Assembly: GCF_027921745.1 (NCBI RefSeq)
Contig: NC_079239.1
Location: 868,001-932,000, forward strand
Length of the DNA: 64,000 nucleotides
Source: Schizosaccharomyces osmophilus
Lineage: Eukaryota
Reading direction: 5' to 3'
Of the stretch, positions 23,914 to 33,801 are shown piece after piece. The notes beneath the pieces are model-generated. The model saw only the letters and a list, made by a program, of their open reading frames with translations, did no database searches and was not told the DNA's origin. Numbering within the stretch: position 1 is the stretch's first letter; every line of letters starts with the position of its first letter. The translations under genes and the position numbers were made by a program.

Positions 23914-25236
23914 ATGTCGCGAAGATACATTTTCCCATTATTGGAATCAGAAGAGATTTTGGAATGCATAGCAGGTTTGGGAATTACTTTCAGTAAAAAA
24001 GAACTTGCTCAGCCAACTCCTCAAGCTGTTATTTCCTTGTGTGAAGAATTCCTTGACATGTTTATGGGGCTGACTAGTCAGGATTTAGAAGACAAGGCGA
24101 ATTCGCTACAGGAAACAATCGAAAATTTTGATATTTTACGCGAATCACTAAGATTTATGATTTTCTATAAAATTACAAGTCAATTTATGCAAAGCATATG
24201 TGTTGATGACTTTTCCGTTCAAGATTTATTAAAGCCCACTACCAATCGGTTAAAACGAATTCTCTCCGGTGTAATTAATTTTGCGAAACTCAGGGAACAA
24301 CAGTTATTAGTTTTTGAACCCGACATCCAGAAACGAGAAAGTTTAATTGAAAATTATTCCCTACTTAATACCCAAAGGCAAACCCTTGAACAGGAAGTTT
24401 TGCTAAGCCAGGAAAAACGAGACCAAAATCAAATTATTATAAAACAGAATGAAGGAAGAAATGATCAACTCTATCAGAATCTTTTGGAAATAAAACGGAT
24501 CTGTTCGCAAACGAAAGCCGAATACGATCAAATAAAACAGGAAGCACTTGAGTTGAAGGTAAAGCATCTCGAATTAGAATCATTAATTTCAGATACATTA
24601 CAAATGACGGAGCAATTACAAGCTTCTATTGTGCATTCCCCCGAAAAACTTCAAATAAGGATTTTGGATATGTCAGATCGTGTCCAGTTGGATCGTACAC
24701 AGCAGTTTGAACTGGATAAGAAATCAAAGTATCTTCAGTCAAAACTTAATGAACTATCTCTGACAGAAACGGATATGAATGCTTGTGTGAAAATACTAGA
24801 AGAATGTTTGGTCGAAGTGGACAAGCTTGAGCACGCTTCAAACCTTCTATCATCAAATCAGGAACTTTGTGAACAAGTCGATATCAATAAAAGGAAACTA
24901 GAGTTTCGTAAGGAACAGCTTTTAAAGCAGTTATCAAATGCACAAGAAAAATTGCAACACGAACAACAATCCAGAAACCAAAAGTTAGAAACGGCAAAAC
25001 AAAGGATGGATCAAATCAAGGAAGAGTACCAAGAACTACTCCAAATTAAATCACAGAAAGCTCAAGAAGCCGACCACAAGCAAACAGTAATTGAAATGAC
25101 AGAAAAGCAAATGGCGGATATGAGAAGAGAACTAGAGTCACAAAGTTCCATAATTAGCATCGAATTTGAAAAGCTGAAAGCTCATGTTGAGCTTTACATC
25201 GCTGAGCTCTTGCATACCATTCGCCGTTCGCAATAG
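23914..25236 (+). CDS. nuf2: Kinetochore Ndc80-complex subunit Nuf2
   Basis: FPLL N-terminus, DLLKP..RLKRILSGVINFAKLRE, VHSPEKL, long coiled coil; 440 aa. Confidence 0.93.
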   Translation: MSRRYIFPLLESEEILECIAGLGITFSKKELAQPTPQAVISLCEEFLDMFMGLTSQDLEDKANSLQETIENFDILRESLRFMIFYKITSQFMQSICVDDFSVQDLLKPTTNRLKRILSGVINFAKLREQQLLVFEPDIQKRESLIENYSLLNTQRQTLEQEVLLSQEKRDQNQIIIKQNEGRNDQLYQNLLEIKRICSQTKAEYDQIKQEALELKVKHLELESLISDTLQMTEQLQASIVHSPEKLQIRILDMSDRVQLDRTQQFELDKKSKYLQSKLNELSLTETDMNACVKILEECLVEVDKLEHASNLLSSNQELCEQVDINKRKLEFRKEQLLKQLSNAQEKLQHEQQSRNQKLETAKQRMDQIKEEYQELLQIKSQKAQEADHKQTVIEMTEKQMADMRRELESQSSIISIEFEKLKAHVELYIAELLHTIRRSQ

Positions 25237-25561
25237 AACTCTTTGCATCAAAGATGAACTAACTGTATATTACTTAATCTCTAGTTCTGAATTTTTAATT
25301 CATAGATTGAATACTCGAGTATAAAATTAAAAGATTATAGCTCTCATAAAGTAACATAAAAAATTGCATTTTATGCCCTAAGTATTTGCTAGGCTAAAGG
25401 CATATTAATTTTATTTGTTTCTAGGGGATCACATTCCATTTTGAGAATGCAAACATTCATTTCTAAATTTTTTACAAGGTGTATGGACACATAAGGCTAT
25501 GTACTCACCTTAATTTTATGCTTACCAAAACCAAATTCTAGTCTACAGAGATTCGAATAAA

Positions 25562-26242
25562 ATGTGGAAGCCACTGGAAAATAATCCTGAGATTTTAGAA
25601 CCTTACTTGAGAAAACTAGGAATTTCAAATGCAAGCGCATTTGACTTATTTACGTTGGATGAAATTCCTGAATATATTCCTCGTCCTGTAGGAGCACTTT
25701 TGTTGGTTCTTCCATCTCCTGGTAAATTTGATAAATCTCAGAAAGAATCAAAACTTTTATCAGCTGATTCCAAAGAAGTGGTTTGGTTTCCTCAACTTGT
25801 ATCCAATGCCTGTGGTACTGTTGCTTTGATGCATGCCATAGCAAATGGAAGCCTTTCCAAGAAAAATAACGAGTCAGAATTTACAAATGTTCTTTTAAAA
25901 AATGCTAGAGAACAGACGGCTGACCAAAGAGCAAACATGTTGAAAGACTCTGAAGCGGTAGCCAAACTTCACGCAGAATTCGCTGGTGAACCCGATGACG
26001 AAGAAGAAGGAGATGAAGAAGATGAAACAGACCTTCATTACCTTTGCTTTGTCAAGGGAACACAGGCGGACGATCGCCATTTTTATGAACTGGACGGCCG
26101 TCGCGAAGGACCAATTCAACACCCTGAAATCGAAAACGACGTGTTAGACCCTAAAGTATTTTCCGTGATAAAGGGCTACATAGAAAAGACCAATTCTCCT
26201 TACTTTTCCCTAGTAGCCATTACGACTACCGGCGACAACTAA
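25562..26242 (+). CDS. uch1: Ubiquitin C-terminal hydrolase (peptidase C12)
   Basis: WKPLENNP, Q..SNACGT (catalytic Cys), DLHY (His), YELDG (Asp). Confidence 0.93.
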   Translation: MWKPLENNPEILEPYLRKLGISNASAFDLFTLDEIPEYIPRPVGALLLVLPSPGKFDKSQKESKLLSADSKEVVWFPQLVSNACGTVALMHAIANGSLSKKNNESEFTNVLLKNAREQTADQRANMLKDSEAVAKLHAEFAGEPDDEEEGDEEDETDLHYLCFVKGTQADDRHFYELDGRREGPIQHPEIENDVLDPKVFSVIKGYIEKTNSPYFSLVAITTTGDN

Positions 26243-26865
26243 AAGCCGGTCAAGGCATTGGACACAAAAGTATCTAAGTCAAGTTATTTATTACCTTTTA
26301 CGATAGAAGATGACTGCGTACTTTGTTCGGTTCCCAATGGCTTAGACTACTCTACTATTCAAGTGCGCTTTGTTATTCTTGTGATATTTCCATAGTTATG
26401 AAGCTCCTGAAACTCATGTATTAGACTCATCGGTCTACTCTTTGCTGAGAACTCTGTTTCTCTTTTTGTTTTGGGTTATTGCAAATTCTACTTGCTCATT
26501 TGCTAGGGATTTCGACAATTATTATGCTACTTTGTTTTTTTCCTTTTTTATACAAAATAATACATTGAAACAAATTGTCAAAGATATTATACTATATCTA
26601 CAGTCAAAGCCATCCTCCAAGTATCTAGAGTTTTCAAAATAAAAGACTGTACTCTACCATTCTACAAAAGAGGACTATTAAAAATGCTTTTAACCTATAA
26701 AACAAACAACATCTTTACAAAGATCTGTTTCTTTGTCTAAATGTTCTTTTGTCTTAGTACTACGTTGTACGTATATTCACCACCCTTACCTTGTGGATCG
26801 AATATACACTGATTCTTTAGCTGTCCACCTCCACCAACAACCAAGCATAGACAGAAACGAATAAA

Positions 26866-27400
26866 ATGGATAAACTTAGAGAAGTATGATACAAAGATTT
26901 TGAAATCGATTTGTAGCTGCTAACAGAAACAGAAAATCAACGCTGCTCGTGCCGAAACAGACGAAGCTGTCTCACGCGCCGAAGCTTCAGAAGCCAAGTT
27001 GAAAGAACTGGAACACCAAATGTCAGTCAAAGAACAAGAATATGATTCCCTTTCTAGAAAACACGAAGCCTCTGAGTCTCGCTTAGAAGAAGTTGAAGAG
27101 GAAATGAAAGATTTACGCATAAAGGCCGACGACGAAACTGGCCAAAAGAGTGAAGTTGAGCAACTTTCCCGAAAGATTGAGCTTTTAGAGGAAGAGCTTG
27201 AAACTAATGATAAGCTTCTTCGCGATACCACAGAGAAGATGCGTCAAACAGATGTCAAGGCTGAACATTTCGAGCGACGCGTTCAGTCATTGGAACATGA
27301 GCGTGATGACTTGGAACAAAAGCTTGAAGACATGACCGACAAATACGCAAAGATCAAGGCTGAATTAGACGAGGTACACCAAGCATTGGAAGATCTATAG
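26866..27400 (+). CDS. cdc8: Tropomyosin; exons 26866-26883, 26933-27400
   Basis: MDKLRE joined to KINAARAETDEAV via intron 26884-26932 (GTATGA...CTAAC...CAG); 161-aa coiled coil. Confidence 0.96.
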
Positions 27401-28271
27401 ATTCCAAAGCGTAGTTCTTTGAATTACTGCGCGCTTTTGTCCGTACAAATATGCTTCATTGTTGGCTTTGGTTGGCTCATTGGGCTAATTCTGCCGATGA
27501 GTTTTTGGATCTTACATCGGCATGTCCGTCGTTAATGATCAAACTGTCACCTTCTTTTTGATGTACTTTTCATGTACCAACAAGTTTTCAGACGAGGCTT
27601 TGCAATCTATACTTGTTCATTTTATCTTTTTTCAATGTTACGTTTTACTATATATCGAATACAATCGACTCTTCAAGTCTCTAAATTCTTTTTATTTCTT
27701 TATTATATCCACTGTGCATTATGAATACTATACTTGAAGTGCGGAGCAATGCATGATACATTCAAAAATTGACAGCCACTCTCCTTGCCCATGTCGTAGG
27801 TCAATTTCCACTTTCAATGAAACGTTATCTCCACAAATAGAGCTTTCAACCGTTCGTTAATAGTAACTGAACATTAGTGCACAAAAGTAGCTTTTTCACA
27901 TATAAGCAGAGTTAGCTTAGATTATCGAAATCCGTTGCTACCAATGAAATCGTAGGTAAATTGAGAATCCTTCTGGTTTCTAGACGCGTTAACATGATTT
28001 CCATATCGAAACTATTTCAATCATTTCTGTAAGTAATTAAATTAACTAAACCTGTTAATGATATTTATAATCGTAACTACTTTGAACATTATACTTTGTA
28101 GATAATGCTACTTTGGATGCTCAGTGTTACCTGTAGTTTCCTTCAGTCGCCTTGACATTCCTCACCTCAACCTACAATCCTTCCTATATTTCCAATAAAT
28201 CAGCATAAACAACGAAATTGGCTGTTAAACGACGTAAATATTATTTTTATTTTTATCATTAACGTCGTATA

Positions 28272-31200
28272 ATGTCATATCCGAACCCGATGAACGGCGC
28301 ACCGTACGGATATGGCACGAACGGTGGCATGCAGCCCAATATGACTGGCTACGGCATACCAATAAACCAAGGAAATACTGGATTTCAGCAAGGTGGCTAT
28401 CCTTACCAACAGGGTTATTTAACTGGCGGGTATCCCGGAACCAGATCAGCGTTGCCATTTCAACAAACTGGATCCATGAATGCCATGAACACTGGCTATG
28501 GATATCCATCACAGCCTATGACTTATGCAAATCCACCTGCACCGCCAACTTTTCCATCTCAAATGACCGGCTACAATGGAATGATGAATACAGGAATGCC
28601 ACCTATGGGTTACGTACAACCTCAAAGAACCGGCAGTGCTCCAGCACCACCGATGGGTGGCTTCGTGCAACCTCAAAAAACTGGCAGTCAACCGTTTAAT
28701 CCAATGAATAGCTTTATACAGCCCCAGCAAACCGGAAGTGCTTTACCTCAAGCAACTGGCTTCGTGCAGCCCCAAAGAACTGGGAGCGCTCCTCAAGGTT
28801 TTTTTCCTCAGCAAACAGGAGGTTTTATGCAGTATCCTGGAAACAATGGTCAACCTTTTAATAATCCAATGAGTGACTATATGCAACCTCAGAAAACTGG
28901 CGGTTTTGACTCTTTCATGCAACCACAAAAAACGGGTACAATGTTCTCGCAACCCACATTACAACCCCAAAGGACTGGTACTTTCGTGAACCAACCCGGT
29001 TTCGCTCAACCTCAAACTATTGGTATGGCCCCTCAAAGTACTGGATTTATTCAACCCCAACCAACTGGTCCTTTTGCTTCCTTTGTACAACCTCAGGTAA
29101 CGACCATGCCAACACCAGCTGCACTTTTAAAGCCTCAAAAAACCGGTCAAATCCACGTTAGTCATGCTATGGATACTAGACTTTCTTTTATCACGGCTTC
29201 AGACCAAGAAAAATTTGAAAAATTGTTCCGCTCTGCAGTTGGTAATGAAGAAGCTATGTCTGCTGACATTGCTAAAGCTATTCTCGTTCGTTCAAAGCTC
29301 TCTACACCCACTCTTTCTAAAATTTGGTCTTTGTCTGACACCACTCGATCGGGGCATTTATTATTCCCACAATTCGTTTTGGCTATGTATTTATGTAATT
29401 TGGGTCTTACCGGAAAGCCCATTCCGGATAAGGTACCAGACAATATTCTTGGTGAGGTAAATTCAATGGTTGATGTCATTTCTTTTTCTTTAGATGATAG
29501 CTCTTCTCAGTATGCTCAGCCAGTTTCTCAAGGTAATGCTCAACAGATGGCTGCTCAAATGTTCAACGGTTTTCAGCAAGCCGCAGGAATTCCATCCCAA
29601 ATTACAGGAATGTTTCCTCAACAAACTGGAATGCAACCTCAAATGACTGGCTTCCAACAACCAATGATGCCTCAAAGAACTGGTGGAATGCCTCCCCAGA
29701 TGACCGGTGGTATGCCGCCGATGATGCCTCAGAGAACTGGTGGTATGCCTTCCCAGATGACCGGTGGTATGCCACCGATGATGCCTCAGAGAACTGGTGG
29801 AATGCCTCCCCAGATGACCGGTGGTATGCCACCAATGATGCCTCAAAGAACTGGTGGAATGCCTCCCCAGATGACCGGTGGTATGCCGCCGATGATGCCT
29901 CAGAGAACTGGTGGAATGCCTCCCCAGATGACCGGTGGTATGCCGCCGATGATGCCTCAGAGAACTGGTGGAATGCCTCCCCAGATGACCGGTGGTATGC
30001 CACCGATGATGCCTCAGAGAACTGGTGGAATGCCTCCCCAGATGACCGGTGGTATGCCACCGATGATGCCTCAGAGAACTGGTGGAATGCCTCCCCAGAT
30101 GACCGGTGGTATGCCGCCGATGATGCCTCAACGTACTGGGGGTATGCCTCCACAAGCGACAGGTGGCATGCCACCAATGATGCCTCAAAGAACTGGTGGA
30201 ATGCCTCCTCAGATGACCGGCGGTATGCCACCAATGATGCCTCAAAGAACTGGTGGAATGCCTCCACAAGCGACAGGTAGTATGCCACCAATGATGCCTC
30301 AAAGAACTGGTGGAATGCCTCCTCAGATGACCGGCGGTATGCCACCAATGATGCCTCAAAGAACTGGTGGAATGCCTCCACAAGCGGCAGGCGGCATGCC
30401 GCCGATGATGCCTCAGAGAACAGGAGGAATGCAACCGATGATGCCTCAAAGGACAGGTAGCATGCCGCCAATGATGCATCAGCAAACTGGAAGTCTTATG
30501 GCTCAACCTACTGGGGTTCCAGGGCAATGGGGATTTATTAATACTCCTTTAAGTAATCTTCCTGGTATTGAAGCTTTGGGAGAACAAATGATGCCGAATG
30601 CATCTGACGGTAGCTTAACTCGCAACTTTACAGGGAAAAAAGACATACCTTGGGCTATTAGCAAAGAAGAGAAGCGTATTTATGATCAAATCTTCGATGC
30701 TTGGGATAAAGAAAAGAAAGGTACTCTTGGTGGAAATGCCGTATTGGAAATCTTTGGACAAAGCAAGTTATCTCGTTCTGAACTTGAACATCTGTGGAGT
30801 CTCTGCGATCATGGCGACAAAGGTTGTTTAGACCGTGATGAATTTTCGGTTGCTCTTCACCTTATATATAGAAAATTAAATGGTAACGCGATCCCCTCTC
30901 AGCTACCTCCTGAATTAATTCCGCCTTCTACCAGAAATATTGAAGCTTCTTTGAACCAAGTGAAGAATCTAATAAAAAATGATACTTCAACACGCCGGCC
31001 ATTCAGCAATGAAAACGTAAGCAGGTTGAAGAAAAATTCATTTTATGATAACGATAGTACCTTAAGTGACAAGGATGCTACGCTTTATAAATTTAACGAT
31101 TCCAGTGTACCGGCTTATGTGTCTAATTCGAGAAGAAGAGCTTACTCTAAAGATAAGCCCGATGCTTTACCTCCCTCAACCGGTTCGCTTGATGAAGTAA

Positions 31201-33389
31201 ATGACAAAACAGAGCATTTGAAGAAAAATATTCACGAAAAAGAAATTTTTTTGAATGCTTTAGAGGAGAAAAAAGCAACCCACTCAGATGTTTCTGACAA
31301 CGCCTTCCTAATCAATCGCATCAAATCTATTCATAACGAAATTAATCAAGCGCTTGTTAAGCAAAAGTCTCCAGAAGCGGATAGTCTGAATTCACGCCTC
31401 AACGCATTAAGTTCGAAGGTTACTCAACTTGTTTCTGAGGTAGATGCTGCTGACAACAAATTAGATGATTTTTCCTCAAGTATTCAAAAATCTAGCGGGG
31501 AAGTTGATTTTAATGACGTTGCTGCAAAAGTAAGTAATATTGAACAGCAAAGAAATGCGTCAAAGGATTTACTTAAGCAACTAAAAACCTCTATTGATTC
31601 CATTGAGTTGGAAGCACGTAAGCAGTTGGTTCCATTCAGCAAAATGGACAATGAATGGTTGGAGAATAATATGTTGGATGAGTCTGTTAAGAAGACTATG
31701 AAAGATCTTCCGCCGGCTGTTCAACCGCAAGAGCGTACCGTTGTCGAACCAAAATCTGATGTCGTCCAACCTGAAGCTGCAGCACCTTCCACTCTTGAAT
31801 CCAAACCCGTAGCCGAGAGGGGAGGCTCTACCAGTGTACCTGATGTTGAAGACAGAGCTGCAAGAATAAAATCTGAAGCTCAGCGACGTATGAATGAGCG
31901 TTTAGCTGCTATGGGTATAAAGCCCCGACAACAAAGAAGTGTTAGTGGTAATTCGTCAGCAAGCCCTTCGATGATTACCGTTACAAACGAAGCTCCTCAA
32001 CTCAAGGAACAGTTTTCGAATCTCTCGATAAATAGTAAAGATGAACCATCTGTCTCATCTTTCAATACTGCTCCATCGAACCAAGAAAAGTCACAAAATG
32101 TGAATGGAAATAAGGCTGGTGAGAATTTTGTAGAGCGTAAACAGATCCAGGAATCGGTTACCAAACCTGAACACGTAAGAAGGGATTCTGTTTCTCCTGT
32201 GTCGTCGGGATCTAGCACTTCATCCGTGAAAGAGGCTACAGCATCATCACCTCAGAGGGTACCATCAAGAGATGCTAAACCCTCATCGACACCATCCGGT
32301 GCCCATAGTGCTCTATCCTTTGAGCCTGTCACTCAGTTGCCTTCGACTCATTCGACTCCTGCGCCTGAGGCAATCAGCACGTCGAATGTCGAGCAGCCTA
32401 CCTCGACACCACAGCCTCCTCCTTTATCTATGGCACCTCCAATGCCTGTTAATGCACCAAGTGTCCCTCGACCTTCTTCAACTCCACAACAAGTACCACC
32501 TGTTCCTAAGGAGTCTGTGTCTCCGACACCTCCTTTGCCTTCTGGTACGTCAAATACTTCCCAGCCTTCCACGGCGCCGCAGCAGCTTTCTTTTGTACCT
32601 CCAGCACCTCCAGCACCTCCAACACCTTCAACACCTCCAGTAACCAATCCTACTTCAGCACCTCCCCCTGTACCTGCTGTTCCTGCCCCGTCTTTACCAC
32701 CACAAGATCAGAAGCAAGTGAATACTTCTGCTATGGAGTCTGCCTTTCAACCACAAGTAAAACAACCTGATGCAAGCTCTCAAGCTCCTTCTTCTAAAGC
32801 TGCTCCAGCAATTCCTGCAGTTCCTCCTCCTTCAGCTCCCCCTGCGCCTCCCGCCTCGTCTGGTTTTAATCCTTTTTCGAAGTTTCCGCCTGCTCCACCT
32901 GCCCCGAAAATGAGCGGTAATGATTCGGATAACTGGAGCCAACATGAAGATGAAGAGGATAGTGAAGACGATGCGCAATCGAGCAAGGATGCGGCAGCTT
33001 TAGCTGCAAAATTATTTGGCGGCATGGCGCCCGTTCGACCACTTTCTACCTCTCCTGTAAAGCCGAGATCTACAAGTACAACACCCTCGTTGGCACCTCC
33101 AGCGCCTCCTTCAGCACCTCCTGCTGCACCACCGGCACCTCCAGCGCCTCCAGCACCTCCTTCAGCACCTCCTTCAGCACCTCCTGCTGCACCACCGGCT
33201 CCCCCTACTTCAGTACCAGCACCCATCGCAACTGTTCCAGGCGATAGAGGTCCTTTGCTGAATCAAATTCAAGCAGGTACTAGGTTGCGGAAATCGGTAA
33301 CTAATGACAAAAGTAGGCCCCTTGGCGGGCGTGTGATAGACGGATCCAGCAATGGAGATAAATCGGCTTGGTACGGCAATTTGTCTTAA
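28272..33389 (+). CDS. pan1: Endocytic EH-domain scaffold Pan1
   Basis: QxTG repeats, two EH domains, coiled coil, proline-rich region, C-terminal WH2-like LLNQIQAGTRLRK. Confidence 0.95.
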   Translation: MSYPNPMNGAPYGYGTNGGMQPNMTGYGIPINQGNTGFQQGGYPYQQGYLTGGYPGTRSALPFQQTGSMNAMNTGYGYPSQPMTYANPPAPPTFPSQMTGYNGMMNTGMPPMGYVQPQRTGSAPAPPMGGFVQPQKTGSQPFNPMNSFIQPQQTGSALPQATGFVQPQRTGSAPQGFFPQQTGGFMQYPGNNGQPFNNPMSDYMQPQKTGGFDSFMQPQKTGTMFSQPTLQPQRTGTFVNQPGFAQPQTIGMAPQSTGFIQPQPTGPFASFVQPQVTTMPTPAALLKPQKTGQIHVSHAMDTRLSFITASDQEKFEKLFRSAVGNEEAMSADIAKAILVRSKLSTPTLSKIWSLSDTTRSGHLLFPQFVLAMYLCNLGLTGKPIPDKVPDNILGEVNSMVDVISFSLDDSSSQYAQPVSQGNAQQMAAQMFNGFQQAAGIPSQITGMFPQQTGMQPQMTGFQQPMMPQRTGGMPPQMTGGMPPMMPQRTGGMPSQMTGGMPPMMPQRTGGMPPQMTGGMPPMMPQRTGGMPPQMTGGMPPMMPQRTGGMPPQMTGGMPPMMPQRTGGMPPQMTGGMPPMMPQRTGGMPPQMTGGMPPMMPQRTGGMPPQMTGGMPPMMPQRTGGMPPQATGGMPPMMPQRTGGMPPQMTGGMPPMMPQRTGGMPPQATGSMPPMMPQRTGGMPPQMTGGMPPMMPQRTGGMPPQAAGGMPPMMPQRTGGMQPMMPQRTGSMPPMMHQQTGSLMAQPTGVPGQWGFINTPLSNLPGIEALGEQMMPNASDGSLTRNFTGKKDIPWAISKEEKRIYDQIFDAWDKEKKGTLGGNAVLEIFGQSKLSRSELEHLWSLCDHGDKGCLDRDEFSVALHLIYRKLNGNAIPSQLPPELIPPSTRNIEASLNQVKNLIKNDTSTRRPFSNENVSRLKKNSFYDNDSTLSDKDATLYKFNDSSVPAYVSNSRRRAYSKDKPDALPPSTGSLDEVNDKTEHLKKNIHEKEIFLNALEEKKATHSDVSDNAFLINRIKSIHNEINQALVKQKSPEADSLNSRLNALSSKVTQLVSEVDAADNKLDDFSSSIQKSSGEVDFNDVAAKVSNIEQQRNASKDLLKQLKTSIDSIELEARKQLVPFSKMDNEWLENNMLDESVKKTMKDLPPAVQPQERTVVEPKSDVVQPEAAAPSTLESKPVAERGGSTSVPDVEDRAARIKSEAQRRMNERLAAMGIKPRQQRSVSGNSSASPSMITVTNEAPQLKEQFSNLSINSKDEPSVSSFNTAPSNQEKSQNVNGNKAGENFVERKQIQESVTKPEHVRRDSVSPVSSGSSTSSVKEATASSPQRVPSRDAKPSSTPSGAHSALSFEPVTQLPSTHSTPAPEAISTSNVEQPTSTPQPPPLSMAPPMPVNAPSVPRPSSTPQQVPPVPKESVSPTPPLPSGTSNTSQPSTAPQQLSFVPPAPPAPPTPSTPPVTNPTSAPPPVPAVPAPSLPPQDQKQVNTSAMESAFQPQVKQPDASSQAPSSKAAPAIPAVPPPSAPPAPPASSGFNPFSKFPPAPPAPKMSGNDSDNWSQHEDEEDSEDDAQSSKDAAALAAKLFGGMAPVRPLSTSPVKPRSTSTTPSLAPPAPPSAPPAAPPAPPAPPAPPSAPPSAPPAAPPAPPTSVPAPIATVPGDRGPLLNQIQAGTRLRKSVTNDKSRPLGGRVIDGSSNGDKSAWYGNLS
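29688..30428 (+). repeat. Coding tandem repeat in pan1, 57-bp (19-aa) unit, 13 copies
   Basis: MPPQMTGGMPPMMPQRTGG x13 with few variants; 741 bp = 13 x 57. Confidence 0.97.
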
Positions 33390-33801
33390 TGCTTGTCTCT
33401 TGTTTGACGATCATACTTTGAAGACTTTTTAGACGATCTTTACGAATTTTTTTCTGTTTACACTTTTGTTTTATGTTTTGTTTTCGTCATCAATTAAGTA
33501 GATAAATCAAGCTTATTTGACTATCACTATTAAAACTGATTATTTAAAATTCCAAATATTTAAGTAAAAATAACGCTACATATAGATGTAAATAAATTTC
33601 AGTTTTACAGCAAGAAATGCAATCTCATTTTTTCAAACTATCACACTAAATATATCACCCAAACTTAGAGCACCGATCGAACAAGTAAATCCCTAATAGT
33701 TACACAACTAAAATGGTAGCAGGATCATGAAAGACATGAAGAAACATTCGAGAAGGCAAGAAACCCAAATACAATAAACAAGACCAAAAAGAAAGATAAA
33801 T

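Noticed and set aside
29688..30428. Regular repeat array considered as CRISPR-like
   Set aside because: Head-to-tail units without unique spacers, in frame within a eukaryotic CDS.
29490..30527. Long antisense ORFs (345 aa and 289 aa) with H/W/R- or EAS-rich repeats
   Set aside because: Shadows of the stop-poor 57-bp pan1 repeat; no independent coding signal.
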